Shown here piece by piece: positions 47,177 through 56,450 of a DNA stretch of 64,000 nt. The stretch spans positions 186,001 to 250,000 of the forward strand of contig QPMI01000524.1 in assembly GCA_004431415.1 (NCBI GenBank), given 5' to 3'. A program made the translations under genes and the position numbers. This stretch comes from Cyanophora paradoxa CCMP329. Lineage: Eukaryota > Plantae > Glaucophyta. Position 1 is the first letter of the stretch. Every line of letters begins with the position of its first letter. The notes below the pieces were generated by a model. It was not told the DNA's origin, ran no database searches, and was given only the letters and a program-made list of their open reading frames with translations.

Positions 47177-47443
47177 TCATTGCTCTTCTGTGACATTGTT
47201 ATACTCGATGCCTTTCTTTACAGTTCCCCTTTGGAATGCCTGTAATACAATGGCTTCCTTCGAGGTTGGTATCTGAACTCCTGCTGAAATACAAGAGTGG
47301 ATCTCTTTCTGAACAATCTCATCAATTGCAATTCTTGCTCTGTTGTGGGCAGCATTATCAATCCAATCCTGAACAGAAGCAGCACAGTATTCCATTCCCA
47401 ACTTCTCAATATCAGATAGAACTACTTGGTATATATTTGACAT
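47177..47443 (-). CDS. Small phage-type protein, possible fibre assembly chaperone
   Basis: The motif QDWIDNAAHNRARIAIDEIV..GVQIPTSKEAIVLQAF resembles small proteins I recall next to C1q-type tail fibres in marine bacteriophages (not verified). It lies directly downstream of the C1q fibres. Confidence 0.55.
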   Translation of the reverse strand: MSNIYQVVLSDIEKLGMEYCAASVQDWIDNAAHNRARIAIDEIVQKEIHSCISAGVQIPTSKEAIVLQAFQRGTVKKGIEYNNVTEEQ

Positions 47444-47464
47444 CTCTACTTAATAGAGAGAAAA

Positions 47465-48484
47465 TTATGTTATACTTAGAAGTTCACCTGTGAAAAGTGT
47501 TCTACTTGAATAACTACCTGTGGAACCTGTGACAAGTGTTACATACTCACCAGCAGGAACATTGATAATTGCACTGAGAGTAAGAGGTTTGGTTGTGATA
47601 GTGGAATTAGCTTCTACTGAAATGTTAACTCCATTGGGTAAAAGATTATTTTTCAGAAAACTTAGACTTATTGCAGCACTTGTTGTTGAATTGGTATATG
47701 CTGTAAATCTATAATCACCTGCAACAGGAGCTGTAAACCTTCCATTAGTAACATCGAATGACCCTGTATTATTTATCAAAACGGTTGTCCAATTGATCAG
47801 AGCGGCTGCACTTGTAGCAACATGAGTATATCCAAGTTGAACAGAAAATCGTGGCTGAGAAACATATTTTAAATAGCTTGAATTCAGAGTCAAACGATTG
47901 GCTTCCAGTGTTGCAAAAAGATCACTGTTACGTTTTAACAGCAGATTAACATCTGCTCCTGTATCTATTTCAGGAGTGACCACCTTGGTTGATGCTGTTA
48001 TTATTGATTCTGTGGAATTGGGAATACTAATTCCAGCATTTGCTGTTACCAATCCTGTAAATGTGCTTGTTCCTGTTATGCTTACTTGATTGGCTGTAAG
48101 GGTTCCATCAATCCTTGCCCCATCTCCAATATAAGCGCCTCCACTTCTTACTACAAGAGCTGAGTTATTGATGGTGTTGTCAAAGGTAACAATCTTTGGT
48201 GTGGTGAACCCTCCCACATCATCATAAATTGCTGAATCTGATACAATCTGACCTGATTGAACTTGGTTCTTGTTTGAGACTATTAGACCTGTGGTTCTCA
48301 CCTTGCCTGCATTTCGATCACATCGAATTTCTTTGCATCTGATCACAGAATGTTGAGAGAATGAATCGGCTCCTGTGGTCTCTGTGCAAATGAAACCTGG
48401 GGTAGCATCTGTTACTGTATGGTTGAGTTGATGCAATTTCGGCGCTGCATAACAGAAAACAGGAACAGCTATTTGTGTAGACAT
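47465..48484 (-). CDS. Fibre protein with a C-terminal C1q/TNF-like head, paralogue 2
   Basis: Shared N-module. C1q signature PRFSV..INWTTVLINNTGSFDVTNGRFTAPVAGDYRF..LSAIINVPAGEYVTL..FTGELL. Confidence 0.85.
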   Translation of the reverse strand: MSTQIAVPVFCYAAPKLHQLNHTVTDATPGFICTETTGADSFSQHSVIRCKEIRCDRNAGKVRTTGLIVSNKNQVQSGQIVSDSAIYDDVGGFTTPKIVTFDNTINNSALVVRSGGAYIGDGARIDGTLTANQVSITGTSTFTGLVTANAGISIPNSTESIITASTKVVTPEIDTGADVNLLLKRNSDLFATLEANRLTLNSSYLKYVSQPRFSVQLGYTHVATSAAALINWTTVLINNTGSFDVTNGRFTAPVAGDYRFTAYTNSTTSAAISLSFLKNNLLPNGVNISVEANSTITTKPLTLSAIINVPAGEYVTLVTGSTGSYSSRTLFTGELLSIT

Positions 48485-48506
48485 TCTTTATATTATACAA
48501 ACAATA

Positions 48507-49571
48507 TTATGTAGCACTTACCAGGTAAACCAACAAGATGTGATTGCTTGGAAAGTCAATACTACCTAACATACAGTAAATTTGAAGACTGTCTCCCATG
48601 GTGAGGGTAATAAGAGCTTCGTAGCACATCTGATTCCTGCTTGATTGACTTGCATATGAAAGAATCTGATTTGTATTGTTTCCGTTTATTCTTAGTCCAA
48701 TCTGGGTCAAGGAGGCAGTTGCAGTATTGTCTTCCGTAATTGTAAAATAGACCCTATAAACTCCTGAAACAGGGGCTGTAAATGTTGCTGGATACAGTTT
48801 GTCAAAATGACCCTCATTATTCACAAGATATGTTCCAACTGGAAAAGGAAGTGTTGGGGTGCCGGAACTAACACTTGTTCCAAAAATCTGAGCGTTTGCT
48901 TGTTGTCCTGAAATACACATTCTTGGGCAATAGCTGCGTTTAAGACCACTGTTTGTTGGAAATGTGATTGCTTTCAGATCTGTTATTGTCTTTTCGAGAG
49001 TGAAAATGATATCTCCGTTTCGTTTATAATTCACATTTGCATCTGTCCCATTATCCATCTCAGGTGCATTAACTCTTGTAGTAGCTATTCGAGTAACATA
49101 GTTAACATCTCCTGAGAGACCACCATTAAAGGTCATCAATCCTGTGAATACACTTGTCCCACTCACATTTAATTGGTTTGCTGTAACAGTTCCTGCTACA
49201 TTTGCTCCATCTCCAATGTAGGCTCCTCCACTCTTGACTACAAGAGCAGAATTATTACTTGTGTTACCAAAAGTAACTATCTGAGCTGTGGTAAATCCAC
49301 CCACATTATCATATATTGCTGAATCGGGGATTACTTGACCTGCTTGAACCTGATTTTTATTGGAGATAATAATACCTGTGGTTCTTATCTTGCCTCCATT
49401 TCGATCACATCGAATTTCTTTCACTCTCAGTATATTGCCTTCTGTGAAAGAGGTATTGCTTGATGTCTCAGTGCAAATATTTCCGGGTGTAGAGTCTATT
49501 ACCTCATGAGAGGTGCTATGAAGTGATTTTGCTGCAAGTTCATAGTTTGGGATTTCTAATAGAGAGGTCAT
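48507..49571 (-). CDS. Fibre protein with a C-terminal C1q/TNF-like head, paralogue 1
   Basis: Shared N-module, closely similar to paralogue 2. VNNEGHFD..TFTAPVSGVYRVYF..LITLTMGDSLQIY. Confidence 0.8.
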   Translation of the reverse strand: MTSLLEIPNYELAAKSLHSTSHEVIDSTPGNICTETSSNTSFTEGNILRVKEIRCDRNGGKIRTTGIIISNKNQVQAGQVIPDSAIYDNVGGFTTAQIVTFGNTSNNSALVVKSGGAYIGDGANVAGTVTANQLNVSGTSVFTGLMTFNGGLSGDVNYVTRIATTRVNAPEMDNGTDANVNYKRNGDIIFTLEKTITDLKAITFPTNSGLKRSYCPRMCISGQQANAQIFGTSVSSGTPTLPFPVGTYLVNNEGHFDKLYPATFTAPVSGVYRVYFTITEDNTATASLTQIGLRINGNNTNQILSYASQSSRNQMCYEALITLTMGDSLQIYCMLGSIDFPSNHILLVYLVSAT

Positions 49572-49596
49572 CTTTGTAATAGTGTGAGAATCTTTA

Positions 49597-52500
49597 TTAT
49601 GCTGATGCTATCCAATGGATTGCAATTTGAAGCCACTGTGGTTGAATGGTTACCCATCCTGCTGCCCAAATAACAAGATTGATTGTGGTAGAGGTTGTTG
49701 AGTTGCTTGATATTCCTATTTTATAATCGATTTCCACATTTGTTGCAGGTAGTCCCTGCAATGTTACAACAACAGATGGAGCAGATGCAAAGGCAGGACT
49801 CCAATTTAATGTAATGCTATGGTTTTGCCTTGCTGAACTGCCCCCAATTTGAGGATTCGCAATTGTCATTTCATGTCTCCCTTTTCTAATCAGGTTATCA
49901 AGCATGTATTGAGGAGCCAGCTTAGTAACCTTTGAATTGTCCCGAGGATCCATGACCCACATTTCTCTTGCATATGCATTTCCACGAACAAGTAGGGTTT
50001 TATCCTGATAGTAAGATATAGAGTTAGTAGAAAGGGTTGAATTGTGGAAATTCCAAATAACAGGAGGATCAGGCATAATATATGGGTCATAATCGAGAAA
50101 GTAACCTGATCCAATGAGAAGGTTTGCATTTGCAGTGATATTATTTGCTGTAAAGGGATCGAGGGTGGGTTTATTGGTCAGGTCATTGTAGTTGCCCGAA
50201 AATAAAGCGGGTTTGTTATAGATATCTGTATTCCAATCATGCGTATGTGCAAAATCTGTAATATCTGCTTTGACATGAGTGTGTGCAAAATCTGTAATCT
50301 CACTCTTGACATGAGTGTGTGCAAAATCTGTAATCTCACTCTTGACATGAGTGTGTGCAAAATCTGTAATCTGTGACTTTGTGTGAGTGTGTGCGAAATC
50401 TGTGATTTCAGATTTAAAATGAGTGTGAGCGAAATTCGTAATATCTGCTCTTGTGTGGGTGTGTGCAAAATCTGTTATCTGGGATTTTGTGTGAGTGTGT
50501 GCGAAATCTGTGATCTCTGCTCTTGTGTGGGTGTGTGATCTATTATTCAGATCAAGGAAGCTACCTGAATATGCAACAGGGTGTAGATTAGATGGGGTGG
50601 GTTTATTAATTAGATCATTATAATCTCCTGTGAAAGATATGATTTTCAGTTCACCTCTTCCTACATAATCAGAGGGAAGATCAATCTTAATGGGCATAAT
50701 AGCTGGATCATCTGGGATCTCATACTCACCTCCTGGATGAACAACGGGAAAGGTTTGATTACATTCAGTATGGACAAAAAAGTTGCATGCCGTTACTGTT
50801 CCATCAATAATCCCACCTGTTAGCGGAAGGTAATCCCCTGTCACACCAATATTTAAGCCTCCTATGATTACATTCAGCTCTGTTTCATCTATGTAGTTTT
50901 GGGCTTGTAGGTAATCTTCTGTTACAACTCTTGAAATATTCTCATTGTGAATGTTTTTCGCTGAGGCTCTCTGATTGATTTCTAAGACCCCCTCACCGAC
51001 TCCACCATTATAATTTGTTTTTATCCATGCGACCTCGCATTGTTTATAATCGTCCCGGTTCCCTAAAAGTGCATCTGGTAACAGTCTCTCTCTGCTGAAT
51101 ATTAATTTTGGTCTTGATCCATCCAAATCGCTCACATCAGTAACATTAATTTGGATTGCTGCGTTTTTATCATCATAGTTTGCCGGATCTGATGGTAAAG
51201 ATAATAAACCTCCTGTCATTGGGACATCATCGGCGTAGTAGTTGGTTAAGTAAATTCCCGGTTTTGTATCTTTAATTTCAATACCACCACCAAGTGGTAA
51301 TATTACATTTCTTGTGGGTGGGCGAATGTATAATTCGCCTTCCATTGTGGTTCCTGCATCTATTCCCCTGCGATTTACGTAATAATCATTTAATTGTAAT
51401 CTTTCTTCTATGTTAATATTTCTATAAAGACTTACACCATGTTTAAAATCTGTTAATACATTTCCTGCTGATGCAAACGTAGGCTGTTCGTCAATTTCGT
51501 CCCAATTATGCCTATGATCTGCTGGTGGAAATTCAGGAGGGAAGTTATCGAGATCTCCCCAATCGTGCCTATGCTCTGTGGGTGGGAATCTTTCCGGTTT
51601 GTTTAGAATGTCTTCCCATTCGTGTTCGTGGGGATCTGGTGGGAATGTGTCAGGTTTATTAATAATATCCCTCCAATCTACGGTAAAATCGAAAAATCCC
51701 GGTTGTAATCCGTCTGGTAATAACTCTTCATCTGGTATATGTGGCTGTTCGTAATCTATGTTTGGCGGGTCTAATCCATGTGGTAATAGTTGTTCATCGA
51801 AAGGTTCGTAACGATCATACAATATATGGTTAGGATCAAATCCAACCGGCAATTCTTCCACGTTCTCACATTCTTTATGTTCAAGAGGTATAACATTAAT
51901 ATCTGGTGCTAAGAGTTCCTCAGCGGGCGGAATGTACTCTGTAAATACCGGTTTGTTTCTTACTTTTTCCCAACTCACAATGTGTTGACCAAAAGCAAGG
52001 TTCTCATCTGCTGTGTATTCTCTACCGGGTTGTTTCTTTGGTGTCAGATCTGGCGGATCCCATGGGAGAGGAAATGGAACCGGAGTAGGTCCGTAATGCT
52101 CTATGATCTCTCTTATGGTCTTTTCACTAACAAGCCGTTCCCCATTTGCATAAACATTACTACCATGAATATTTCGCCATTGTCGTGTTCTAATACCAAG
52201 GTCTTTCGTATTGGTTACCAAAGGTAAAAGGTGGCGATCCATTTCGACAAGATCGGGGTGTAAATGAATAGCTACTGGTTGACTGGGGCTACTGTCGACT
52301 GTGATCGAATCTTTTTCTTTGGAAGTATCTGGTGGAAGACTGAAACCAAACAGTGCATTAGTGTTTGAATTGGTGACAATGTCCTGCGGGTAAACATTGT
52401 TGGTGTGGCGAATCTGATTCTCTTCACCATGCGGGGCTACCTGTAATATCTTGGGAATTTGTGCTATCGAATTTGATCCTTCATTATAGATTCTCAAACC

Positions 52501-52872
52501 GCTACGATGTACTCCCTTTTCATCCTGGACATTGAAAACCAAACGTCCGCTATCATAACGTGTGGGAATATCGGGATGCGTGCTGCTCGCTTTCAGTTTT
52601 CGGGGTTTACTCCGGGTTGCTTTGATTTCAGCGACTTGATTGGCTTTCACATTGCCCAAACTGAATGCAATGCTCACATCTTCCTTCTCGGGATCCGTTT
52701 GATTCAATGATAAAGCATGTGATCTCGATTGAGTTTTCAAGAGCTTATCTGAGCTGTGGTCAATTGCAATCGATCCACTCACTTTCATGTTATCAAAATT
52801 CACGTGCTTGGAATCTCCACCTCCTCCATTACCTTGTATGGTTTGAAGGTCGTTTGGGTAAAAGAAGCTCAT
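49597..52872 (-). CDS. Large (1091 aa) phage-tail-fibre-like protein with HxH repeats and a lectin-like C-terminus
   Basis: 8 x HTH.(K/R)..IT.FA; 3 x FPP..H.H.W..; YLPLTGG; SGNYNDLTNKP; LLP..TNTKDLG..QWRNI; C-terminal ITLNWSPAFASAPSVVVT (H-type-lectin-like). Confidence 0.8.
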   Translation of the reverse strand: MSFFYPNDLQTIQGNGGGGDSKHVNFDNMKVSGSIAIDHSSDKLLKTQSRSHALSLNQTDPEKEDVSIAFSLGNVKANQVAEIKATRSKPRKLKASSTHPDIPTRYDSGRLVFNVQDEKGVHRSGLRIYNEGSNSIAQIPKILQVAPHGEENQIRHTNNVYPQDIVTNSNTNALFGFSLPPDTSKEKDSITVDSSPSQPVAIHLHPDLVEMDRHLLPLVTNTKDLGIRTRQWRNIHGSNVYANGERLVSEKTIREIIEHYGPTPVPFPLPWDPPDLTPKKQPGREYTADENLAFGQHIVSWEKVRNKPVFTEYIPPAEELLAPDINVIPLEHKECENVEELPVGFDPNHILYDRYEPFDEQLLPHGLDPPNIDYEQPHIPDEELLPDGLQPGFFDFTVDWRDIINKPDTFPPDPHEHEWEDILNKPERFPPTEHRHDWGDLDNFPPEFPPADHRHNWDEIDEQPTFASAGNVLTDFKHGVSLYRNINIEERLQLNDYYVNRRGIDAGTTMEGELYIRPPTRNVILPLGGGIEIKDTKPGIYLTNYYADDVPMTGGLLSLPSDPANYDDKNAAIQINVTDVSDLDGSRPKLIFSRERLLPDALLGNRDDYKQCEVAWIKTNYNGGVGEGVLEINQRASAKNIHNENISRVVTEDYLQAQNYIDETELNVIIGGLNIGVTGDYLPLTGGIIDGTVTACNFFVHTECNQTFPVVHPGGEYEIPDDPAIMPIKIDLPSDYVGRGELKIISFTGDYNDLINKPTPSNLHPVAYSGSFLDLNNRSHTHTRAEITDFAHTHTKSQITDFAHTHTRADITNFAHTHFKSEITDFAHTHTKSQITDFAHTHVKSEITDFAHTHVKSEITDFAHTHVKADITDFAHTHDWNTDIYNKPALFSGNYNDLTNKPTLDPFTANNITANANLLIGSGYFLDYDPYIMPDPPVIWNFHNSTLSTNSISYYQDKTLLVRGNAYAREMWVMDPRDNSKVTKLAPQYMLDNLIRKGRHEMTIANPQIGGSSARQNHSITLNWSPAFASAPSVVVTLQGLPATNVEIDYKIGISSNSTTSTTINLVIWAAGWVTIQPQWLQIAIHWIASA
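50239..50535 (-). repeat. 36-bp coding tandem repeat (8 full units of HTHxxxxITxFA)
   Basis: Directly visible periodicity, e.g. GTGTGCAAAATCTGTAATCT.. Confidence 0.95.
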
Positions 52873-52920
52873 CCCTGTTCATCTACCTATACTGATTTAT
52901 AAAATTCCTGATAGGTAAAG

Positions 52921-54456
52921 ATGCCCTTAAAAGTAGTACTTAGCCTGTCAGGAGGAGGGGCTCGTGGCATCATCATCACAAGGCTGCTAAAAGAAATAGA
53001 ACAAAGAACAGGCAAGCGGGTAATTGACCTTGTGGATCTTGTAAGTGGAACCTCGACAGGAGGTATTATTGCAATCGGTCTCAATGTGAAACATCCTGAG
53101 TTTCCCAATGAACCCAAGCTAACAGCCTCTGACCTTCACTCTACCTACTTGCTTCAGCTTCCTCTGATCTTCTCAAACCCTCGCAATATAATTGAGAACG
53201 CCCTCTTTAACACAAAGTATGATGTGACTCCCTTAGAATCAGCTATACTCTCAGTAACTGGTGAGGCGACAATCGAGGACTCCATAAAGAACGTTGTCAT
53301 CACGAGCTTTGACACAGTGGCGATGAAGCCCATCTTTGTTACCAATGATAATGCATACAAAACTATGCCAAGCAAGATAGCGGCTCGATCTACTTCGGCT
53401 GCTCCAACCTACTTCTCCCCTGTTAATTACAATGGCATGTGTTTGATCGATGGGGCAATATCAGGAAACAACAATCCGAGTGTCTGTGGATACAGTCATG
53501 CTAAGCAAATCTTTACTGACGATGATGACATCATAGTAATCAGCATATCCTGTGGTGAGGTGAATGAAACCGATGCCCCTAATGTGGGGTACTCCTACTC
53601 AACAGTAAACGAGTGGGGTATACTCTCTTGGATTGCTTCTACCTCAGGAAGCCCCCTAATTAATATGCTTATGGCTGCAAGCGAGCTATCAGCCCTCGAT
53701 AAAATGCGAGAGTTCCTGCCTCGCTATGATGATCAAGGCTACGAGCGATACTATCGCCTTTCAGTTCCGCTCCCTAAGGACATTGTGAACTCACTTGATG
53801 ATACGAGCAAAATACCTGAGATGATCACAGCAACTGAAACATATATCGAAGCCAATAGCACGATGATCCAACAGCTTTGTGACTTGCTGGTAGCAAACTA
53901 CGAAATAAGGAACCCTGCGAAATCGTACATATCCTCTACTTTATCTACTGCACCTCCTCTTGATGCGAACTGGTATCTACTCAGTGATGATGCATTTACA
54001 GCCTCATCATCTCTGATGGGAAAGGAGCCCTCCATGTCGAGACCCTCTTCAACAGGCTGGGAAGCCGGTGCTTCTGCGCCGGAACAGATATGGGATAGCC
54101 CCACAGAGTACTTACAGGTCGCTTTCCCTTATAACTTTGAGTTAGCCTCGATTATAGCTTACGGTTCAGGGGATGGCAACGCTTTCACCAAGACTTTCAA
54201 TGTCGCTACATCGACTGATGGCGTCACCTGGTCTTTCATTCGCTATAAAGGTCAGAATCGCCTATTTGTCTGCGATAACATTAATAACGCAAATAATTCA
54301 GGCGACGTAGCATTAGCCTTAGGGTACCCTCTAAGCATCAAAGACGTGTTCTACATAGGCTTCCCTCTGCGAGTGAGATATATCAGGATTTATCCTTTGG
54401 TGTATGTTAATGCGCCTACCCTCCGGGTCGACTTTACAGGTGCCTTCACTCGGTAA
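52921..54456 (+). CDS. Patatin-like phospholipase fused to a discoidin (F5/8 type C) domain
   Basis: Oxyanion GGGARG, nucleophile GTSTG, SAAPTYF, catalytic DGA. C-terminal ASS..W..EYLQV..FNVATSTDGVTW..RYIRIYP..LRVDFTG. Confidence 0.9.
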   Translation: MPLKVVLSLSGGGARGIIITRLLKEIEQRTGKRVIDLVDLVSGTSTGGIIAIGLNVKHPEFPNEPKLTASDLHSTYLLQLPLIFSNPRNIIENALFNTKYDVTPLESAILSVTGEATIEDSIKNVVITSFDTVAMKPIFVTNDNAYKTMPSKIAARSTSAAPTYFSPVNYNGMCLIDGAISGNNNPSVCGYSHAKQIFTDDDDIIVISISCGEVNETDAPNVGYSYSTVNEWGILSWIASTSGSPLINMLMAASELSALDKMREFLPRYDDQGYERYYRLSVPLPKDIVNSLDDTSKIPEMITATETYIEANSTMIQQLCDLLVANYEIRNPAKSYISSTLSTAPPLDANWYLLSDDAFTASSSLMGKEPSMSRPSSTGWEAGASAPEQIWDSPTEYLQVAFPYNFELASIIAYGSGDGNAFTKTFNVATSTDGVTWSFIRYKGQNRLFVCDNINNANNSGDVALALGYPLSIKDVFYIGFPLRVRYIRIYPLVYVNAPTLRVDFTGAFTR

Positions 54457-55377
54457 TTATATGAACTCTATCTGGAATGAATTATCGATACCGTTCATAT
54501 CCACAAGCTCGCCAAAATAGTCTCTGTATTCTATGGTGAGCTCTCTCAGCACAAGGTTTCGGTCGTCGATTCTCACATACTCACCATGCTCACCATTATA
54601 ATAAATGTATCCTCCAATGTCCTTGCTCAGCTGGAAGCGAAGTATAGCCCCTTGATTTTGCGGCTGTGACATCGGAATCACATTGCGGTTGCTTGCAAAA
54701 GGTGAAAGCTCTTTGATGTGCATATACAGATACTGCTCAGCATTCATGTCAGCCATCTTAACTGCATAAGCCTTGTAGAAAAAAGGCGTTGCTTTCAGTC
54801 TTGGAGCTTCAAGTGTGGTTCCCCAATTCGGATGTTTTAAATTCACAGGAGCCCCATTGTAAGTCAAGTAGTTCTCTGGTGAGTAGAGTGACAGTCCGGT
54901 AGCACCAACTATCTGCATAGACTGGATGCTTTGATCTGCACTAAGACCCAACAGCTTAGCCAAACGCTTTGTTGATGCCCTGACTTCAAAATGCCAATTG
55001 GAATAGAACTCCAACATGTAGGTTGTCGGGTTGAAGTAAATCTTGAATGGGAATTCCACCTTTGCACCATTGATCATCTCATAAAAAATGTAATTGAGAC
55101 CATAATTAAATGGTCTTGTTACTCCAAAGTGACCTTCATTGATGTAGCCACTTGGAAGCGGATAGTACTCTTTATTTATAATCCAACCACTTGAATGAGT
55201 GAACCTCACATACAAAGCGTCAGTGCCAATGTTGTTGTAGATGCTATTTGGAATTTCAGCATAGAGGATTCTGCATTCTCTCGGTCTTTCAATGGGTGTG
55301 GTAAGGGTGACCTTGTATGAGTTCTCATTTTCCGCTGGGCTTCTGTCTCGACTATCGATGTTCACAAGTTTCAGCAT
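54457..55377 (-). CDS. Minor capsid (penton-like single jelly-roll) protein 1
   Basis: N-terminal LVNIDSRDR..YKVTL..ILYAEIPNSIYN and C-terminal YLYMHIKEL..LRELTIEYRDYFGELVDMNGIDNSFQIEF, typical of PLV/NCLDV-type pentons. Likely ATG at 55377. Confidence 0.85.
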   Translation of the reverse strand: MLKLVNIDSRDRSPAENENSYKVTLTTPIERPRECRILYAEIPNSIYNNIGTDALYVRFTHSSGWIINKEYYPLPSGYINEGHFGVTRPFNYGLNYIFYEMINGAKVEFPFKIYFNPTTYMLEFYSNWHFEVRASTKRLAKLLGLSADQSIQSMQIVGATGLSLYSPENYLTYNGAPVNLKHPNWGTTLEAPRLKATPFFYKAYAVKMADMNAEQYLYMHIKELSPFASNRNVIPMSQPQNQGAILRFQLSKDIGGYIYYNGEHGEYVRIDDRNLVLRELTIEYRDYFGELVDMNGIDNSFQIEFI

Positions 55378-55406
55378 TTTATTATATGGGCATATATAAA
55401 CAAAAG

Positions 55407-56396
55407 ATGCCTGTCGAATACTTTGAAGTTTCTTCATTCCGGTACGACCCTGTTGATGACACACCAACATCAAAGTTTGTGGCAAACCTCCCCAAAACTT
55501 ATGAGAATGTTCGTGCTGTCCGCCTCGTTTCAGCCGAATTCTACAACTCCATCCCTCTCATCAGCGGTGAGACAGCTCCGGGAGATGTTACTATTGAAGA
55601 TGAATTCATTATTAACTACGCGGAGTTTGATAGTTTAACCGGTGATTACGATGCTTGGAACCACATTCGCCCTGGTGTAGGTTTAGGGAAGAAGAGACCA
55701 ATTAACACACACGAAGATTTGGCTGTAAGAATTGCTGAGAGATTGGATGCTGCCAACACAGCCATTGGTTGCAAGTGGAATGCCACTTCTAAAAAGATGA
55801 TATTCTACTGCAATGTGCCATTCCGGTTGGCTTTTTCGGTTGGCACAAGACCAACCTCAGATGTCATTGAGAAATCTATCAAACACGGTCGCATACTGGG
55901 GCTCGATGCGGGTCGATATGGAAACAGTGTAATAGAGTCCTCGATCTTCAACACATTAACTGATCCTATATTCACTGGTGCCTTTGTTCATGGGATAGTT
56001 TCTACTTTCCCCACAGCGACATGCAAAGATAATGTCTTGTTTGTCCGAGTTAAAGAGCTGGGCGACATAGTCGAGTGTGCGGACGGTCTGCTAAGTGGCT
56101 ACTTTCACAAAATCGTTGTTCCAAACAGCACTGGATTCGCTGAGCATGTCGTTTATAATTCCACAGAAGCGACCCCCCTGTACAAGTACTACAACAAGCA
56201 AGTAGCCCTGTCTTCATTATCTGTTCAAATAGTCAATGCACAAAATGAGCTGATTGACTTCGAGGGTCAGCCTATCCATCTGACATTTGAGGTTCGCTAT
56301 GGTAATGAACCTGCGGGGGATCCTGTTTACGAATACTTCAAAATGCGAATGGCTGAGACGCACCCCTTTTATCCTATAATTTCTTCTTTTGGGTAG
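55407..56396 (+). CDS. Minor capsid (penton-like) protein 2
   Basis: FEVSSFRY..FVANLPKTYENVRAVRLVSAEFYNS..LFVRVKEL..FHKI..LSSLSVQIVNAQNELIDFEGQPIHLTFEV. Likely ATG at 55407. Confidence 0.8.
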   Translation: MPVEYFEVSSFRYDPVDDTPTSKFVANLPKTYENVRAVRLVSAEFYNSIPLISGETAPGDVTIEDEFIINYAEFDSLTGDYDAWNHIRPGVGLGKKRPINTHEDLAVRIAERLDAANTAIGCKWNATSKKMIFYCNVPFRLAFSVGTRPTSDVIEKSIKHGRILGLDAGRYGNSVIESSIFNTLTDPIFTGAFVHGIVSTFPTATCKDNVLFVRVKELGDIVECADGLLSGYFHKIVVPNSTGFAEHVVYNSTEATPLYKYYNKQVALSSLSVQIVNAQNELIDFEGQPIHLTFEVRYGNEPAGDPVYEYFKMRMAETHPFYPIISSFG

Positions 56397-56450
56397 AATC
56401 AAGGATCCTCGGACAATTTTTTTATTGTGTTATAGTAAAAAGCTAAAATC

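Noticed and set aside
45434-52872. Diversity-generating retroelement or invertase shufflon acting on the fibre genes
   Set aside because: No RT, no adenine-specific TR/VR pair, and no invertase or inverted crossover sites were seen in the window.
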